From positions 2,039-66,038 of the forward strand of contig SXSK01000192.1 in NCBI GenBank assembly GCA_005793375.1: 64,000 nt of DNA. The letters run 5' to 3'. This stretch comes from Verrucomicrobiales bacterium. Lineage in GTDB: Bacteria; Verrucomicrobiota; Verrucomicrobiia; Limisphaerales; UBA9464. Shown piece after piece: positions 19,477 through 29,091 of this stretch. The notes below the pieces were generated by a model that was not told the DNA's origin, did no database searches, and saw nothing but the letters and a program-made list of their open reading frames with translations. The first letter of the stretch is position 1, and each line of letters starts with the position of its first letter. Made by a program: the position numbers and the translations under genes.

Positions 19477-20883
19477 TTATTCCGTGGCGACCCGGTAATA
19501 AGCTTGAAATCGCGACGTTGGAGGCACGGTGGGGTCTGTTTCTTTCCAAATGACGGAATCGGCTCCGTCGTTTCCCGGAGTGGCTTCCCCGGACGCCGAG
19601 CGCCACTGCTTCAAATCAAAACTGACCTCCACGCGGTATTTGGCGCCGGGCTTGGATTGGAACCCGAGTCGAACCGTCCCCTCGGGTTCGATCTGCAAGA
19701 CCCGCAGATTTTGGACGGCGATAGGGATAGGGTCGGCGCGGGTGGGGTTCGTTCCACACTGGAATTCGATCCGATTGGATGCCAGATCCTGATCGGAATC
19801 GTCGTTGGGATTCGAAGTGAGCCCACTAAAATAAAACCGCTCCCAATCATCTGGAAGTCCATCACGGTCGGTGTCTTCCTCCGACACCAACACGCCCTCC
19901 AACTGCAAGCGGGGCGCATCGTAAAGCAAATTGTCGCTAGTGGCCCATTGAGGGTAAGAGCCGGTGCCGCCACCGCCGGTGCCGCCGGGGGTGACTTGGG
20001 TGGCAGGAGAGAGGGAACTGACCATCAGTCTTAACCGACCCTCGCTTAGTGCCTGCTGAAAATAGCCCAAGATACGCGGGTGGGTGAGATCGACATCGAA
20101 AGTGAACTGGCTGTCGGCGGGGACGAGTTCCCCGGGGTTTGCGCCGGCGGTCACCCCCACTGCCCACGGATGGACCTCGAAGGGGGCATTGGTCCAGCCA
20201 GCATTGTGTTGTCCGACGTGATTGGCGATGTCGATCCAATGGCCCCGGTCGTCGAACGCGGCGGCATAGGCGTTCCGGGTTTCGATGGATATATTGCCGG
20301 AATTGATCGAGTTCAACTGGCCGAAGAAGCTGTTTTCCTTAAAGGTAGCCGGGCTAAAATCCCCCCGAAACCCCACACCAAACACCTCGATGGGACGTCC
20401 CGGGTCGGTGTCGACGAAGTAACCAGGCGAATTGGTGGCGTGGGTTAGGTAACTATCAAAAGTGGGATCGTAGATAAAGGTGCTATTGCCGACCACGGTC
20501 AGCGTGAGGCGCACGCTACGGAAGAGGTAGCGTGCTACCGGCTGATTGGTGGGTACCAAAGCGTCGGTATCCCATCCGATCAAGAACTGAGCGTCTCGGG
20601 TATCGAAGCGCGGGTCAAACGACGCAAATGTGGGTGCAACAGGTCGGATGCCGGGCTCAAAATTGAATGGATACATCCAGCGATCCATCGAGGGGCGCTG
20701 TAGGTTTAGTTGAAGGTCGATCGCCTTCAGCTGGCCTATGGCTCCGCAGGCCCAGAGCCATAAAACCAGACAAAAACCACGCGCGGCGACTAGGAATGGT
20801 GTTCTTGAGCGAACCCCGCACAATTTCAATCGAGGCCACACCCAATTGGAATGGGACGGTGTCTGAGACATGGGACGTTCCAT
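19477..20883 (-). CDS. Secreted hypothetical protein with a thrombospondin type-3-like calcium-binding repeat
   Basis: Signal/TM-like N-terminus, 'EEDTDRDGLPDDWE...NPNDDSDQD' acidic repeats and a Gly-rich linker. No recognisable catalytic motif. Confidence 0.55.
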   Translation of the reverse strand: MERPMSQTPSHSNWVWPRLKLCGVRSRTPFLVAARGFCLVLWLWACGAIGQLKAIDLQLNLQRPSMDRWMYPFNFEPGIRPVAPTFASFDPRFDTRDAQFLIGWDTDALVPTNQPVARYLFRSVRLTLTVVGNSTFIYDPTFDSYLTHATNSPGYFVDTDPGRPIEVFGVGFRGDFSPATFKENSFFGQLNSINSGNISIETRNAYAAAFDDRGHWIDIANHVGQHNAGWTNAPFEVHPWAVGVTAGANPGELVPADSQFTFDVDLTHPRILGYFQQALSEGRLRLMVSSLSPATQVTPGGTGGGGTGSYPQWATSDNLLYDAPRLQLEGVLVSEEDTDRDGLPDDWERFYFSGLTSNPNDDSDQDLASNRIEFQCGTNPTRADPIPIAVQNLRVLQIEPEGTVRLGFQSKPGAKYRVEVSFDLKQWRSASGEATPGNDGADSVIWKETDPTVPPTSRFQAYYRVATE

Positions 20884-20902
20884 CGGCGTGACTCAGGCCA
20901 AT

Positions 20903-21565
20903 TCAGTGGCGTCGGCGACGCTCCGCTAGAATGAGGGCGGCGGCACCGGCTCCAAACAGCGCCCAAGTGGAAGGTTCAGGCACCAGGCCAACATCCAGCA
21001 TGCCGGCATCAAAACTGACGCTGACGTCAGCCGCTTCGAACTGAATGGAGAGAGGCCCCGTCGGTTCATCGGTTAAGGACCATTGAATCCGAGACGAGAC
21101 GGAGACCCCGCTGCCGGGAGTTCCCGGGGGTGGTCCGAAGCCAACGCGCTCGAGTTCGGTTCGGACACCGGTGAGTGAGGTGGCGCCGTAGCTCAGCTTG
21201 AAGGAATCGTAGTTCAATTCTGTACCGACGGCGCGGACCTGGAGGACCACGTCGCGGATGGGCAGGCCCGAGATGTTGTCATACTTCACCTCGAACACGC
21301 TCTTGCCGTTTTGGTTGTAAAGATTTCCAGAACCGATGATAGCGGCGAGCGGGTCGGTTTGGATCAGGGAAGCGTTGTTCCAGCTGCCCGCGAGATCCCC
21401 TTTGTTCCCTGGCGCACCGACGGCCACGGTAAAGGATTCCCACCCCGTGTAGGTCGAATACGAACCGCCGCGGAAACTTGGGGCCGTAAAGAATGACGTG
21501 TTGGCCTGGGCGATGGTGGCCGAGCCGATGAGGGCGGCTCCGAGCGCGAAACGGAACGAATTCAT
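20903..21565 (-). CDS. PEP-CTERM sorting-domain protein
   Basis: The C-terminus 'VPEPSTWALFGAGAAALILAERRRRH' matches the PEP motif, TM helix and basic tail. The internal ATG at 21565 gives the signal peptide 'MNSFRFALGAALIGSATIAQA'. The upstream 90 codons of the track ORF look non-coding. Confidence 0.8.
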   Translation of the reverse strand: MNSFRFALGAALIGSATIAQANTSFFTAPSFRGGSYSTYTGWESFTVAVGAPGNKGDLAGSWNNASLIQTDPLAAIIGSGNLYNQNGKSVFEVKYDNISGLPIRDVVLQVRAVGTELNYDSFKLSYGATSLTGVRTELERVGFGPPPGTPGSGVSVSSRIQWSLTDEPTGPLSIQFEAADVSVSFDAGMLDVGLVPEPSTWALFGAGAAALILAERRRRH

Positions 21566-21747
21566 AAGCCCTGATACTGGTTGATCTGGTCGACGTGCGC
21601 TAGTGGCAGGTTGCGATTTTCTAGTGCGTTTTTGACGACAGTTGGGCGGGTGGTTTGGAGGTCGCCGACGAAATGGATTGGGGCGGGCTGTGCGGTTCCT
21701 CCTTTCGTCCAGGAAATTTCTACCTATACTGGACGTCCGTGAACACC

Positions 21748-24700
21748 ATGTTTGTTGCTCGCCACCGATGCTTGGGTTGGAGTCGCCTTGGGTTGGGCCT
21801 TTCGATTTCCTGGATGTCTTTGATTGCCGGGGCATTGGCTGCCGAAGATCCGTTTGCGGCTGGTGTGCGATCCACGGATCCTTTGGCCCCTCTGGAACAG
21901 CAGCGGAAGTTTAAACTGCCACCTGGGTTTGAAATTCAGTTGGTGGCCAACGAGCCTGCAATTCACAAGCCGATGAATCTGGCGTTCGACGCAACGGGAC
22001 GGCTTTGGGTTACCACCAGTATCGAATATCCCTGGGCGGCTCCCACGAATCAGCCTGCGCGTGATCGGTTGATGATTTTCGAGGATTTTGGGCCGGACGG
22101 CCGTGCGCGCAAGGTGACCCAGTTTGCCGATGGACTGAATATCCCGATGGGTGTTTATCCGTTCCGGACGGCGGATCGGAGATGGAAGGCTGTTGTGTGG
22201 TCGATCCCCAATATTTGGTTGTTGGAAGATACCGATGGCGATGGCAAGGCGGACAAGCGTGAGAGCTTGTATGGCCCGTTTGATTACACTCGCGATACCC
22301 ATGGCAATCAGGCCTCGTTTCGGCGAGGGTTCGATGGATGGCTTTACTGCACTCATGGCTACAATAACGATTCGCACGTCACCGCTCGTGATGGTAGTCA
22401 TGTGGATCTGAATTCTGGTAATACCTACCGGATTCGACTCGACGGCTCGAGGATTGAACAGCACACCCACGGTCAAGTGAACCCCTTTGGATCGGCCTTT
22501 GATCCGCAGGGGAATCTGTATACTTCAGACTGTCACAGTGCCCCAATCTACCAGCTGATCTCGGGGGGGTGGTACCCGAGCTTTGGCAAGCCGCACGATG
22601 GATTGGGGTATGCACCGGTGCTGATGGAGCACGCGCATGGATCCACGGCAATCGATGGACTCAGCTATTGCTCGGACGAGGGCTGGCCCGCCGAGTATCG
22701 GGATAACCTCTTCATCGGGAATGTTATGACCAGCCGGTTGAATCGGGATCGCCTTGAACGGGTTGGTTCGACCCCAAAGGCTATCGAGCTACCGGATTTT
22801 CTGACCACGGAGGATTCCTGGTTTCGGCCGGTCGATACTTGCCTCGGACCGGATGGCGCGTTGTATGTCGCTGACTTTTACAATCGAATCATCGGCCATT
22901 ATGAAGTGCCGTTGACACATCCTGGGCGCGACCGCGAACGAGGGCGTCTCTGGCGTGTTGTTTACCGAGGGAAGGATTCCAAAGGGTTGTTGAGGGATCC
23001 GAAGTTGCCGGACGATTTGACGGGTCTGATTGGTGAATTGGGGTCGGAAAGCTTGCCCCGGCGGATTCTGGCGATGGGCGAAATTGAGGATCGGTTCGGC
23101 GCACACGCGTTGGAACCGGTCCGTGCGGCCTTGGCGCGACCTCAATCTGCGACTCAACATGCCCACGCGCTCTGGATGGTGCATCGATTGGGTGAATTGA
23201 GTGTCGGAGAGTTGGAGCGTGCGGTGGCAACGGAAGCCCTCTTGGTGCGTATTCATGCGCAGCGGGTGGCGACGGACGTGTTCTATCGGGCGTCCCGAAA
23301 ACTGGGCCCATCCGAGTCGCTGATTGCTGTGGCCACTCAAGTGGCGCGAGCGGGGCTGAAGGATCCCGATCCACAGGTTCAGCGCGTGGCGTCGGAAGCC
23401 TTGGCATTCCGGCCGCGAGTGGACCAGGTTCGACCGCTCTTGGATCGGTTGGCCGCGACACCAGTGGCTGACACTCATTTGGTGTACACGTTGCGGAAAG
23501 CGATACGCGATCACTTGCTCGAGCCGACGATCTTTCAATCGATTCTCGCCGACAGAGCCTGGGGCGAGGCCGAGATCCGGGCGCTGGCCGATGTGGCTTT
23601 GGCAGTGCGCTCGGAAGCTGCCGGCAGTTTTCTCCTGAAACATCTCGGGTTGCTTGAGAGCAACCGTGGGTTGCTGTCGGCGGGGTTGAAGCACGCCGCC
23701 CAGTTTGCCCCGCCCTCGGGGATCGAAGCTACGGCCGCCTTTGCGAAACGCCAATTCAGCGGCGATTTGGATTTTCAGTTAGATTTGTTCAAGAGTGTCG
23801 AGCAGGGGGCGAGTCAACGGAGTATCACGTTGGATAATTCCTTGCGACGCTGGGGTACGGACTTAGCGGTGCAAGCCTTGTCCGCATCACCCGATTCGGC
23901 CTGGTACAACACTCCCCTGGAAACAGCCACCGACGCAGCCAATCCTTGGGCATTTCAAGAACGCCTTTGTGCCGATGGACAACGCGTGCGCCTGCTCTCC
24001 AGCCATCCCTTGGGGGAAACGTTGACTGGACGGTTGCGGTCCAAACCTTTCTCGGCGCCCAAATCCTTGAGCTTTTATCTCAGCGGTCATGATGGTGAAC
24101 CGAATCGCGCCCCGAACGGTCGCAATAGGGTGCTATTGCGAGACGCCATGACCGGTGTGGTCCTGGCCGAGGCGGCGCCGCCTCGAAATGATACCGCACA
24201 GAAGATCGTTTGGAATCTTCAGGAACATGCCGGCAAGCAAGCCGTTCTCGAGTTCGTGGACGGTGACCCGGATGATGCCTGGGCTTGGATGGCCTTCGGG
24301 CGGTTCGATCCGCCGGTCGTCGCATTACCGTCGCGCGCACCCGGCGAGATTGCGAAGCGTCAACAAAGCGCGGGGGAATTGGTTTCGAGATTGCGACTGC
24401 CCGTGGCCTCTCAAATTCGGCAGGTGGCGATGGGGCGGGAATTCGATTTGGAAGCCCGAGCTTCAGCGATCCGCGCATTCGCGGTTTTAGATGGCCAAAG
24501 TGCGGTCGGCGAACTGACCCCAATCCTGCAGGATGCTACGCAGCCGTTGCGTCTGCGCGATGCCGTGGGCTTGGCGCTTTTGGGAGCCGACCAAGAATCG
24601 GCTCGGGCGTTGGTCTTGGGCGCTATGAAGTCAGTACCATATCGGGTGCAAAACGGGTGGGCTGAAGTTTTGGCCACATCGGTTTCCGGCGCCTCAGCTC

Positions 24701-25305
24701 TGTTGGATGCGGTTGGATCGGGGGCTGTGCCAGCAAGGATACTCGTGGAACGGGCTGTCCGCGATCGGCTTTCTGTGGGAAAACCGGCGGCACTGACAGC
24801 GCGTTTTTCAGAATTGACCAAGGATCTTCCAGCGGCAGATCGCGAACGGGACCGATTGGTGCGACGCAAGCGAATGGCCTATGGCAGTTCCGAGGCCAAA
24901 CCTTCCGATGGCGCGGCGGTCTTCCAGAAGAACTGTGTGGTCTGCCATCAACTCGGCGGGAACGGCGCTTTGGTCGGGCCGCAACTCACCGGCATTGGAA
25001 TTCGCGGGTTGGAACGGCTTTGCGAAGACATCCTCGATCCCAATCGCAATGTGGATGTGAATTTTCGAACCACGGTGTTGACGCTCCAAGATGGGGATAC
25101 TGTCAGCGGTCTTTTTCGCCGCGACGAAGGGGGGCAGTTGGTCTTGGCCGATGACGCCGGCAAAGAATTCACCGTGCCCAAAAACCATGTCAAGGAGCGT
25201 GGACAGACCGAGTCGTCACTGATGCCTGACAACTTTGGAGAGGCAATCAGTGCAGACGATTTCAACGCCTTATTGGCCTATCTGCTAGCCCAGCGGGGTG
25301 AGTGA
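21748..25305 (+). CDS. Giant PVC-type protein: membrane-bound-dehydrogenase domain, HEAT repeats and C-terminal CxxCH haem-binding domain
   Basis: The N-terminus 'FKLPPGFEIQLVANEPAIHKPMNLAFDATGRLWV' resembles the TIGR02604-type domain. The C-terminus 'CVVCHQLGGNG...LMP' resembles the TIGR02603-type domain. The ATG at 21748 gives a signal-like start. Confidence 0.8.
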   Translation: MFVARHRCLGWSRLGLGLSISWMSLIAGALAAEDPFAAGVRSTDPLAPLEQQRKFKLPPGFEIQLVANEPAIHKPMNLAFDATGRLWVTTSIEYPWAAPTNQPARDRLMIFEDFGPDGRARKVTQFADGLNIPMGVYPFRTADRRWKAVVWSIPNIWLLEDTDGDGKADKRESLYGPFDYTRDTHGNQASFRRGFDGWLYCTHGYNNDSHVTARDGSHVDLNSGNTYRIRLDGSRIEQHTHGQVNPFGSAFDPQGNLYTSDCHSAPIYQLISGGWYPSFGKPHDGLGYAPVLMEHAHGSTAIDGLSYCSDEGWPAEYRDNLFIGNVMTSRLNRDRLERVGSTPKAIELPDFLTTEDSWFRPVDTCLGPDGALYVADFYNRIIGHYEVPLTHPGRDRERGRLWRVVYRGKDSKGLLRDPKLPDDLTGLIGELGSESLPRRILAMGEIEDRFGAHALEPVRAALARPQSATQHAHALWMVHRLGELSVGELERAVATEALLVRIHAQRVATDVFYRASRKLGPSESLIAVATQVARAGLKDPDPQVQRVASEALAFRPRVDQVRPLLDRLAATPVADTHLVYTLRKAIRDHLLEPTIFQSILADRAWGEAEIRALADVALAVRSEAAGSFLLKHLGLLESNRGLLSAGLKHAAQFAPPSGIEATAAFAKRQFSGDLDFQLDLFKSVEQGASQRSITLDNSLRRWGTDLAVQALSASPDSAWYNTPLETATDAANPWAFQERLCADGQRVRLLSSHPLGETLTGRLRSKPFSAPKSLSFYLSGHDGEPNRAPNGRNRVLLRDAMTGVVLAEAAPPRNDTAQKIVWNLQEHAGKQAVLEFVDGDPDDAWAWMAFGRFDPPVVALPSRAPGEIAKRQQSAGELVSRLRLPVASQIRQVAMGREFDLEARASAIRAFAVLDGQSAVGELTPILQDATQPLRLRDAVGLALLGADQESARALVLGAMKSVPYRVQNGWAEVLATSVSGASALLDAVGSGAVPARILVERAVRDRLSVGKPAALTARFSELTKDLPAADRERDRLVRRKRMAYGSSEAKPSDGAAVFQKNCVVCHQLGGNGALVGPQLTGIGIRGLERLCEDILDPNRNVDVNFRTTVLTLQDGDTVSGLFRRDEGGQLVLADDAGKEFTVPKNHVKERGQTESSLMPDNFGEAISADDFNALLAYLLAQRGE

Positions 25306-25332
25306 GCAATGGGATGGCGGTGAACTGGACGC

Positions 25333-26515
25333 TCACACCCATTTTGTCCACCAGAGATGCCGGTGTTGGCGTTTGTAGCCTTTGTACCAGTGGCAAACTG
25401 GGTAGAGCATGCCGACAACCGCTACCCAAGCCACGTAAGTGATACCCAGCGGATATCCAAAGGTTTCTGGGGCGCCACGAAACGGCGCTTGACTCCAAAT
25501 AAACGCGCTTTCGGCAGCTGTGCCAAACAGAGAAGCCGCAATTGCGGAGAGCAGATGAATCAAGGGGATGTGCAGCAGATAATACAACAGCGGTACCTGT
25601 CCAAATGTGATGAAAAACCCAGGCAACGGCCGTTTTGTCCCGTCCAGCCAGGACAATAGCCAAAGCCCGGGACCAAGCGTCATGCAGAGGTACAGCAAGG
25701 ATGGTGGGTATTTGTTGCAATTGACGAAGGATAGCACGATTCGATCCCAGGGAAGCGCGCGTGACCAGGGTTGCGGGTCGCCGTACAAATTGGTCCAGCG
25801 TAGGAGCAGAAAGCCCGCCGAAAGGCCATTCCACAGCGCGCAATGACGCGTTGGCGCGGGCCGTCGGGTAGCAAGAAGACGGCTCCAAAACCGTATCCCA
25901 AGGCCATCACGCCAATCCAAGGGATCAATGGATATAGCGGAAAAAACCGGCTCCAGGAACCTAGAGGAATGAGTTCGCCGCCATGCAACACCGACCAAAT
26001 AGCAAAGAGTGGGTGACTCTTTTCGAGTTGAATGAAATCGAACGCGTTGTGGAATAGGATCAAGGAGCTGCCAACAAGGAGCAATGCCGGACGAGACAAC
26101 CGAATAAGGCCGGCGAGACAGACCATGGACACCCCGAGAGCCCATATGACTTGCCCCGCGACGAATTGGTAATTGAAATTGAAACCCCAACTCCACTTAA
26201 CCCATGTGAATTCCAAGAGAATCAGCCAAACCCCGCGCCCAGCCAGATAGCGACTTAAGTTGCGATCATTGCCTTGGCGTTGGCCGTGCAAAATGCTCCG
26301 ACGCCGGCCAGAAAGACAAAGATGGGAGCGCAAAAATGAGTCATCCATCGGGTTAGAAACAATGGAACGGAGGTCTCGGCAAGGTCGGTGGCGTTGACTT
26401 GGGATTGATGAAAATAGTCACGCACGTGGTCCAATGCCATCAGCACCATCACCAACCCGCGCAGGGCATCCACAGATTCCAGCCGCATCGAACTCGCACG
26501 GTTTGATGAAATCAC
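25333..26515 (-). pseudogene. DUF1624 / heparan-alpha-glucosaminide N-acetyltransferase-like membrane acyltransferase, disrupted by two frameshifts
   Basis: Three colinear ORFs in three frames (26515-26255, 26348-25680, 26196-25333) together read as one ~394-aa polytopic protein: '[25 protein letters not shown]...', then '...[17 protein letters not shown]...', then '...FGQVPLLYYLLHIPLIH...'. The first shift lies at an A4/T4 run at 26290-26293. Confidence 0.75.
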
Positions 26516-26845
26516 CCTGGCAGAATCTCGGGATCTTCGGAGATCTGCAAGTCTCGATCATCTCCAGAAGGTTGATAGTCGATTTGGCTGCAGGTTACCA
26601 AACCTGTGCGGGCTCGAGTGGCCGAGGGGCGTTGGTAGGAAACTGAACGCGCGCGTCGGGCGGTTGAGGGTGGCGCCGACTGGCCGTCCGTGAAACAGTA
26701 GACAGGACTGTCTGAGCGATTATTGAAGTTCCGCGAGCTGAATTGTTTAGCTGGATGCAGCCCTGTGAGAATTGCTGAATGGAATTTCCTTTAGTGCCAT
26801 GGAAGGTTGAGGTAGGCACTGAGAGCGACAACACCTCGACAAGTC

Positions 26846-27763
26846 TTGAACCATCCGACCGATCAACTCTTTTTGCTTCAGAACGGTGAACAGATTGGAC
26901 CGTTCCCAGGTTCGGCGGTTCGCAGCATGCTGGAGAGCGGCTCGGTTTCGCCCGACGACTTGGTCTGGTACGACGGATTGCCGGAGTGGCGGAGCCTCTC
27001 CACTCTGTTTCCGGGTGTGACTTCTAACATCCAGGGGAGGAAACCCACCTCCGCTTCCAAACGATCCGACGATGATCTCGGAGAAGAGTCTTATTTCAGT
27101 TGGATCCTGGATTCGTTTTCCTACCCCTTTCGAGGCGATGGATGCTTGATCCTGGCAGCGGGTTCCATCTTTTTGACGGTGCTGGGGTTTCTTTCCAGTA
27201 TTGGCCGCTTTTGGGCGTTCTCACTGACAGTATTCTATTTGGGGTACACGGCATCGATGCTGCAATCGGTGCTCAATGGTTCCGGCCAGGGAGAATCCGT
27301 GCTGCCGAAGTGGCCTGACTTCACCGATTGGTATTCGGACATTATCGATCCCGCGCTAAAGTGGATTGGGACGTTTGCGCTCGTATTGGGTCCAGGATTG
27401 GTGGCGCTGTTCTTTGTTCACCCGGCCATTGGCGTTGGATTGCTGGTTCTAGGTGCCCTCTATCTTCCCATGGCCTTCATGCTGGTCTCGATGTTCGACA
27501 CACTCGCAGCACTCAACCCCCTGATCGGCTTGCGATCGATCGGCGCCATTGTTGGGCACTATTTCCTGACGTTGGTGGTTTTTGGTCTGTTGATTGGCAT
27601 CAACGCCCTAACGGGTGAGGTTGGTGATATGGTTTCCGGGATCCCTATGAAGATTGTGGCGGCGTTTATCGACGGATTTAATCATTTGTTTTCAGCCGTC
27701 ACTTTCGCACGAATTCTCGGCGGATTGTATCGAGTCAATCGACACCGGTTGGGGTGGTTTTAG
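26846..27763 (+). CDS. GYF-domain (DUF4339-like) polytopic membrane protein
   Basis: The N-terminus 'GEQIGPFPGSAVRSMLESGSVSPDDLVWYDGLPEWRSL' is GYF-like, and 5-6 hydrophobic helices follow. The start is a TTG. Confidence 0.65.
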   Translation: MNHPTDQLFLLQNGEQIGPFPGSAVRSMLESGSVSPDDLVWYDGLPEWRSLSTLFPGVTSNIQGRKPTSASKRSDDDLGEESYFSWILDSFSYPFRGDGCLILAAGSIFLTVLGFLSSIGRFWAFSLTVFYLGYTASMLQSVLNGSGQGESVLPKWPDFTDWYSDIIDPALKWIGTFALVLGPGLVALFFVHPAIGVGLLVLGALYLPMAFMLVSMFDTLAALNPLIGLRSIGAIVGHYFLTLVVFGLLIGINALTGEVGDMVSGIPMKIVAAFIDGFNHLFSAVTFARILGGLYRVNRHRLGWF

Positions 27764-27780
27764 GGGGAATTCCCCTCCCG

Positions 27781-27827
27781 TCTTCGTGTGAGATCCCCTT
27801 TCAGGCGGGTCTCATCTCACACGAAGA
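27781..27827. repeat. 14-bp perfect inverted repeat (stem-loop) between convergent genes
   Basis: tcttcgtgtgagat (27781-27794) pairs with atctcacacgaaga (27814-27827) across a 19-nt loop. It is preceded by the 12-bp palindrome GGGGAATTCCCC at 27764-27775. Confidence 0.8.
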
Positions 27828-27851
27828 GACTCACAACGTGGCTATCCGGAG

Positions 27852-27884
27852 GGAGCGACAGCGGGCAGTCGGCACTCTAAAAAA
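27852..27884 (-). repeat. CTTTGGAG-flank hairpin repeat, copy I (diverged)
   Basis: 'ggagcgacagcgggcagtcggcactctaaaaaa' aligns at about 22/31 positions with copy C. It lies 16 nt past the stop of the minus-strand kinase gene, in sense orientation. Confidence 0.5.
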
Positions 27885-27899
27885 TCGGCCGCCATCGGC

Positions 27900-28997
27900 T
27901 CAGCGTACGACTCGAGCGCCGCCGCCGCTGATCTGTTTCTCGACCTCCTTGCGGGTGGCCATGGAGGTGTCGCCGGGGGTGGTCGAAGCCAGGGCGCCGT
28001 GTGCCGCGCCGTAGTCGACGGCTTTTTGCGCGTCGTTGAACTGCATGAACCCAAACTGAAGGCCTGAGGCAAAACTGTCGCCTCCACCAACTCGGTCCAG
28101 GATTTCGAGCTCCGGATACTTGCGACTTTCGAAAAAATTGCCGTCGTGCCAAAGGATGGCGCTCCAATCATTTTTGGTGGCTGTGATGACACGTCTCAAT
28201 GTGGTGGCGGCGACCTTGAAGTTAGGGAATTCTTTTACCGCAGTCTCGATCATTTGCTTGAAGGCATCGGTTTCGATGGTGGCGAGCGAGTGATCCGCGC
28301 CATGAACTTCGAAACCGAGCGACGCGGTGAAATCTTCCTCATTGCCGATCATGACATCGACGTATTTGGCGATCTCACGATTGACCTCCTGGGCCTTTTT
28401 CAATCCGCCGATGGTTTTCCAGAGCGATGGACGATAATTGAGATCGTAGGAGACCATGGTGCCATGCCGTTTGGCGGCTTGGACGGCTTCAATGGTGAGT
28501 TGGGCGGTGGTTGCAGAAAGCGCGGCGAAGATGCCCCCGGTATGGAACCAACGGGCTCCGACCTTGCCAAATATTTGGTCCCAATCGAAATCGCCGGGTT
28601 TGAGTTGGGAGGCAGCGGTATTGCCGCGATCGGGCACGCCGACAGCGCCGCGGATGCCGAAGCCACGTTCGGTGAAATTCAGTCCGTTGCGCACGGTGCG
28701 TCCGATACCGTCGTCTTCGCGCCACTGGATGAAGTCCGTCGCGACGCCGCCTTGCATAATAAAATCCTCGATGAGACGGCCGACTTCATTGTCGACAAAG
28801 GCGGTGCAGACGGCGGTCTTGTAGCCGAAGCATTTTCTCAAGCCACGCGACGTATTATATTCGCCGCCTCCTTCCCATGCAGTGAAGGAACGAGCGGTTC
28901 GCACGCGGCCTTCACCGGGATCAAGGCGAAGCATGACTTCGCCAAGGGATACCTGGTCGAAGGCGACGGAATTGGCGGGTTTGATGGGGAGGCTCAT
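27900..28997 (-). CDS. PfkB-family sugar kinase (2-keto-3-deoxygluconate-kinase-like)
   Basis: The 'GGGDSFASG' anion-hole motif is near the C-terminus and the layout is ribokinase-like. The ATG at 28997 gives 'MSLPIKPANSVAFDQVSLGEVMLRL'. Confidence 0.8.
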   Translation of the reverse strand: MSLPIKPANSVAFDQVSLGEVMLRLDPGEGRVRTARSFTAWEGGGEYNTSRGLRKCFGYKTAVCTAFVDNEVGRLIEDFIMQGGVATDFIQWREDDGIGRTVRNGLNFTERGFGIRGAVGVPDRGNTAASQLKPGDFDWDQIFGKVGARWFHTGGIFAALSATTAQLTIEAVQAAKRHGTMVSYDLNYRPSLWKTIGGLKKAQEVNREIAKYVDVMIGNEEDFTASLGFEVHGADHSLATIETDAFKQMIETAVKEFPNFKVAATTLRRVITATKNDWSAILWHDGNFFESRKYPELEILDRVGGGDSFASGLQFGFMQFNDAQKAVDYGAAHGALASTTPGDTSMATRKEVEKQISGGGARVVR

Positions 28998-29091
28998 GAC
29001 CTTAGGGAGACTATGCGTGTGACTGGGCGGACTCGACTCGTTTGATGGATTCTGAAGGGCACTTGGAAACAACTCAATCGGGGATCAGGGA

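Noticed and set aside
18859-20034. A 391-aa plus-strand ORF spanning the alcohol-dehydrogenase gene and the neighbouring secreted-protein gene.
   Set aside because: It crosses an intergenic region and runs antisense to two well-supported genes. Its composition is Gly/Arg-rich and it has no recognisable domain.
22789-23754. A 321-aa antisense ORF, and others (21724-22476, 28146-29045, 56583-57365, 57398-58096, 58466-59176), inside large plus- or minus-strand genes.
   Set aside because: These are shadow ORFs opposite genes with strong family motifs. No start context, signal or domain supports them.
26516-26845. A 330-bp gap between the pseudogene and the GYF gene, with small ORFs (70 and 79 aa) and short hairpins. 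I considered it for a riboswitch or sRNA.
   Set aside because: I recognised no known riboswitch core motif (TPP, B12, SAM, glycine, c-di-GMP, fluoride). The ORF translations look non-coding. This is best treated as a divergent promoter region until a covariance-model scan is run.
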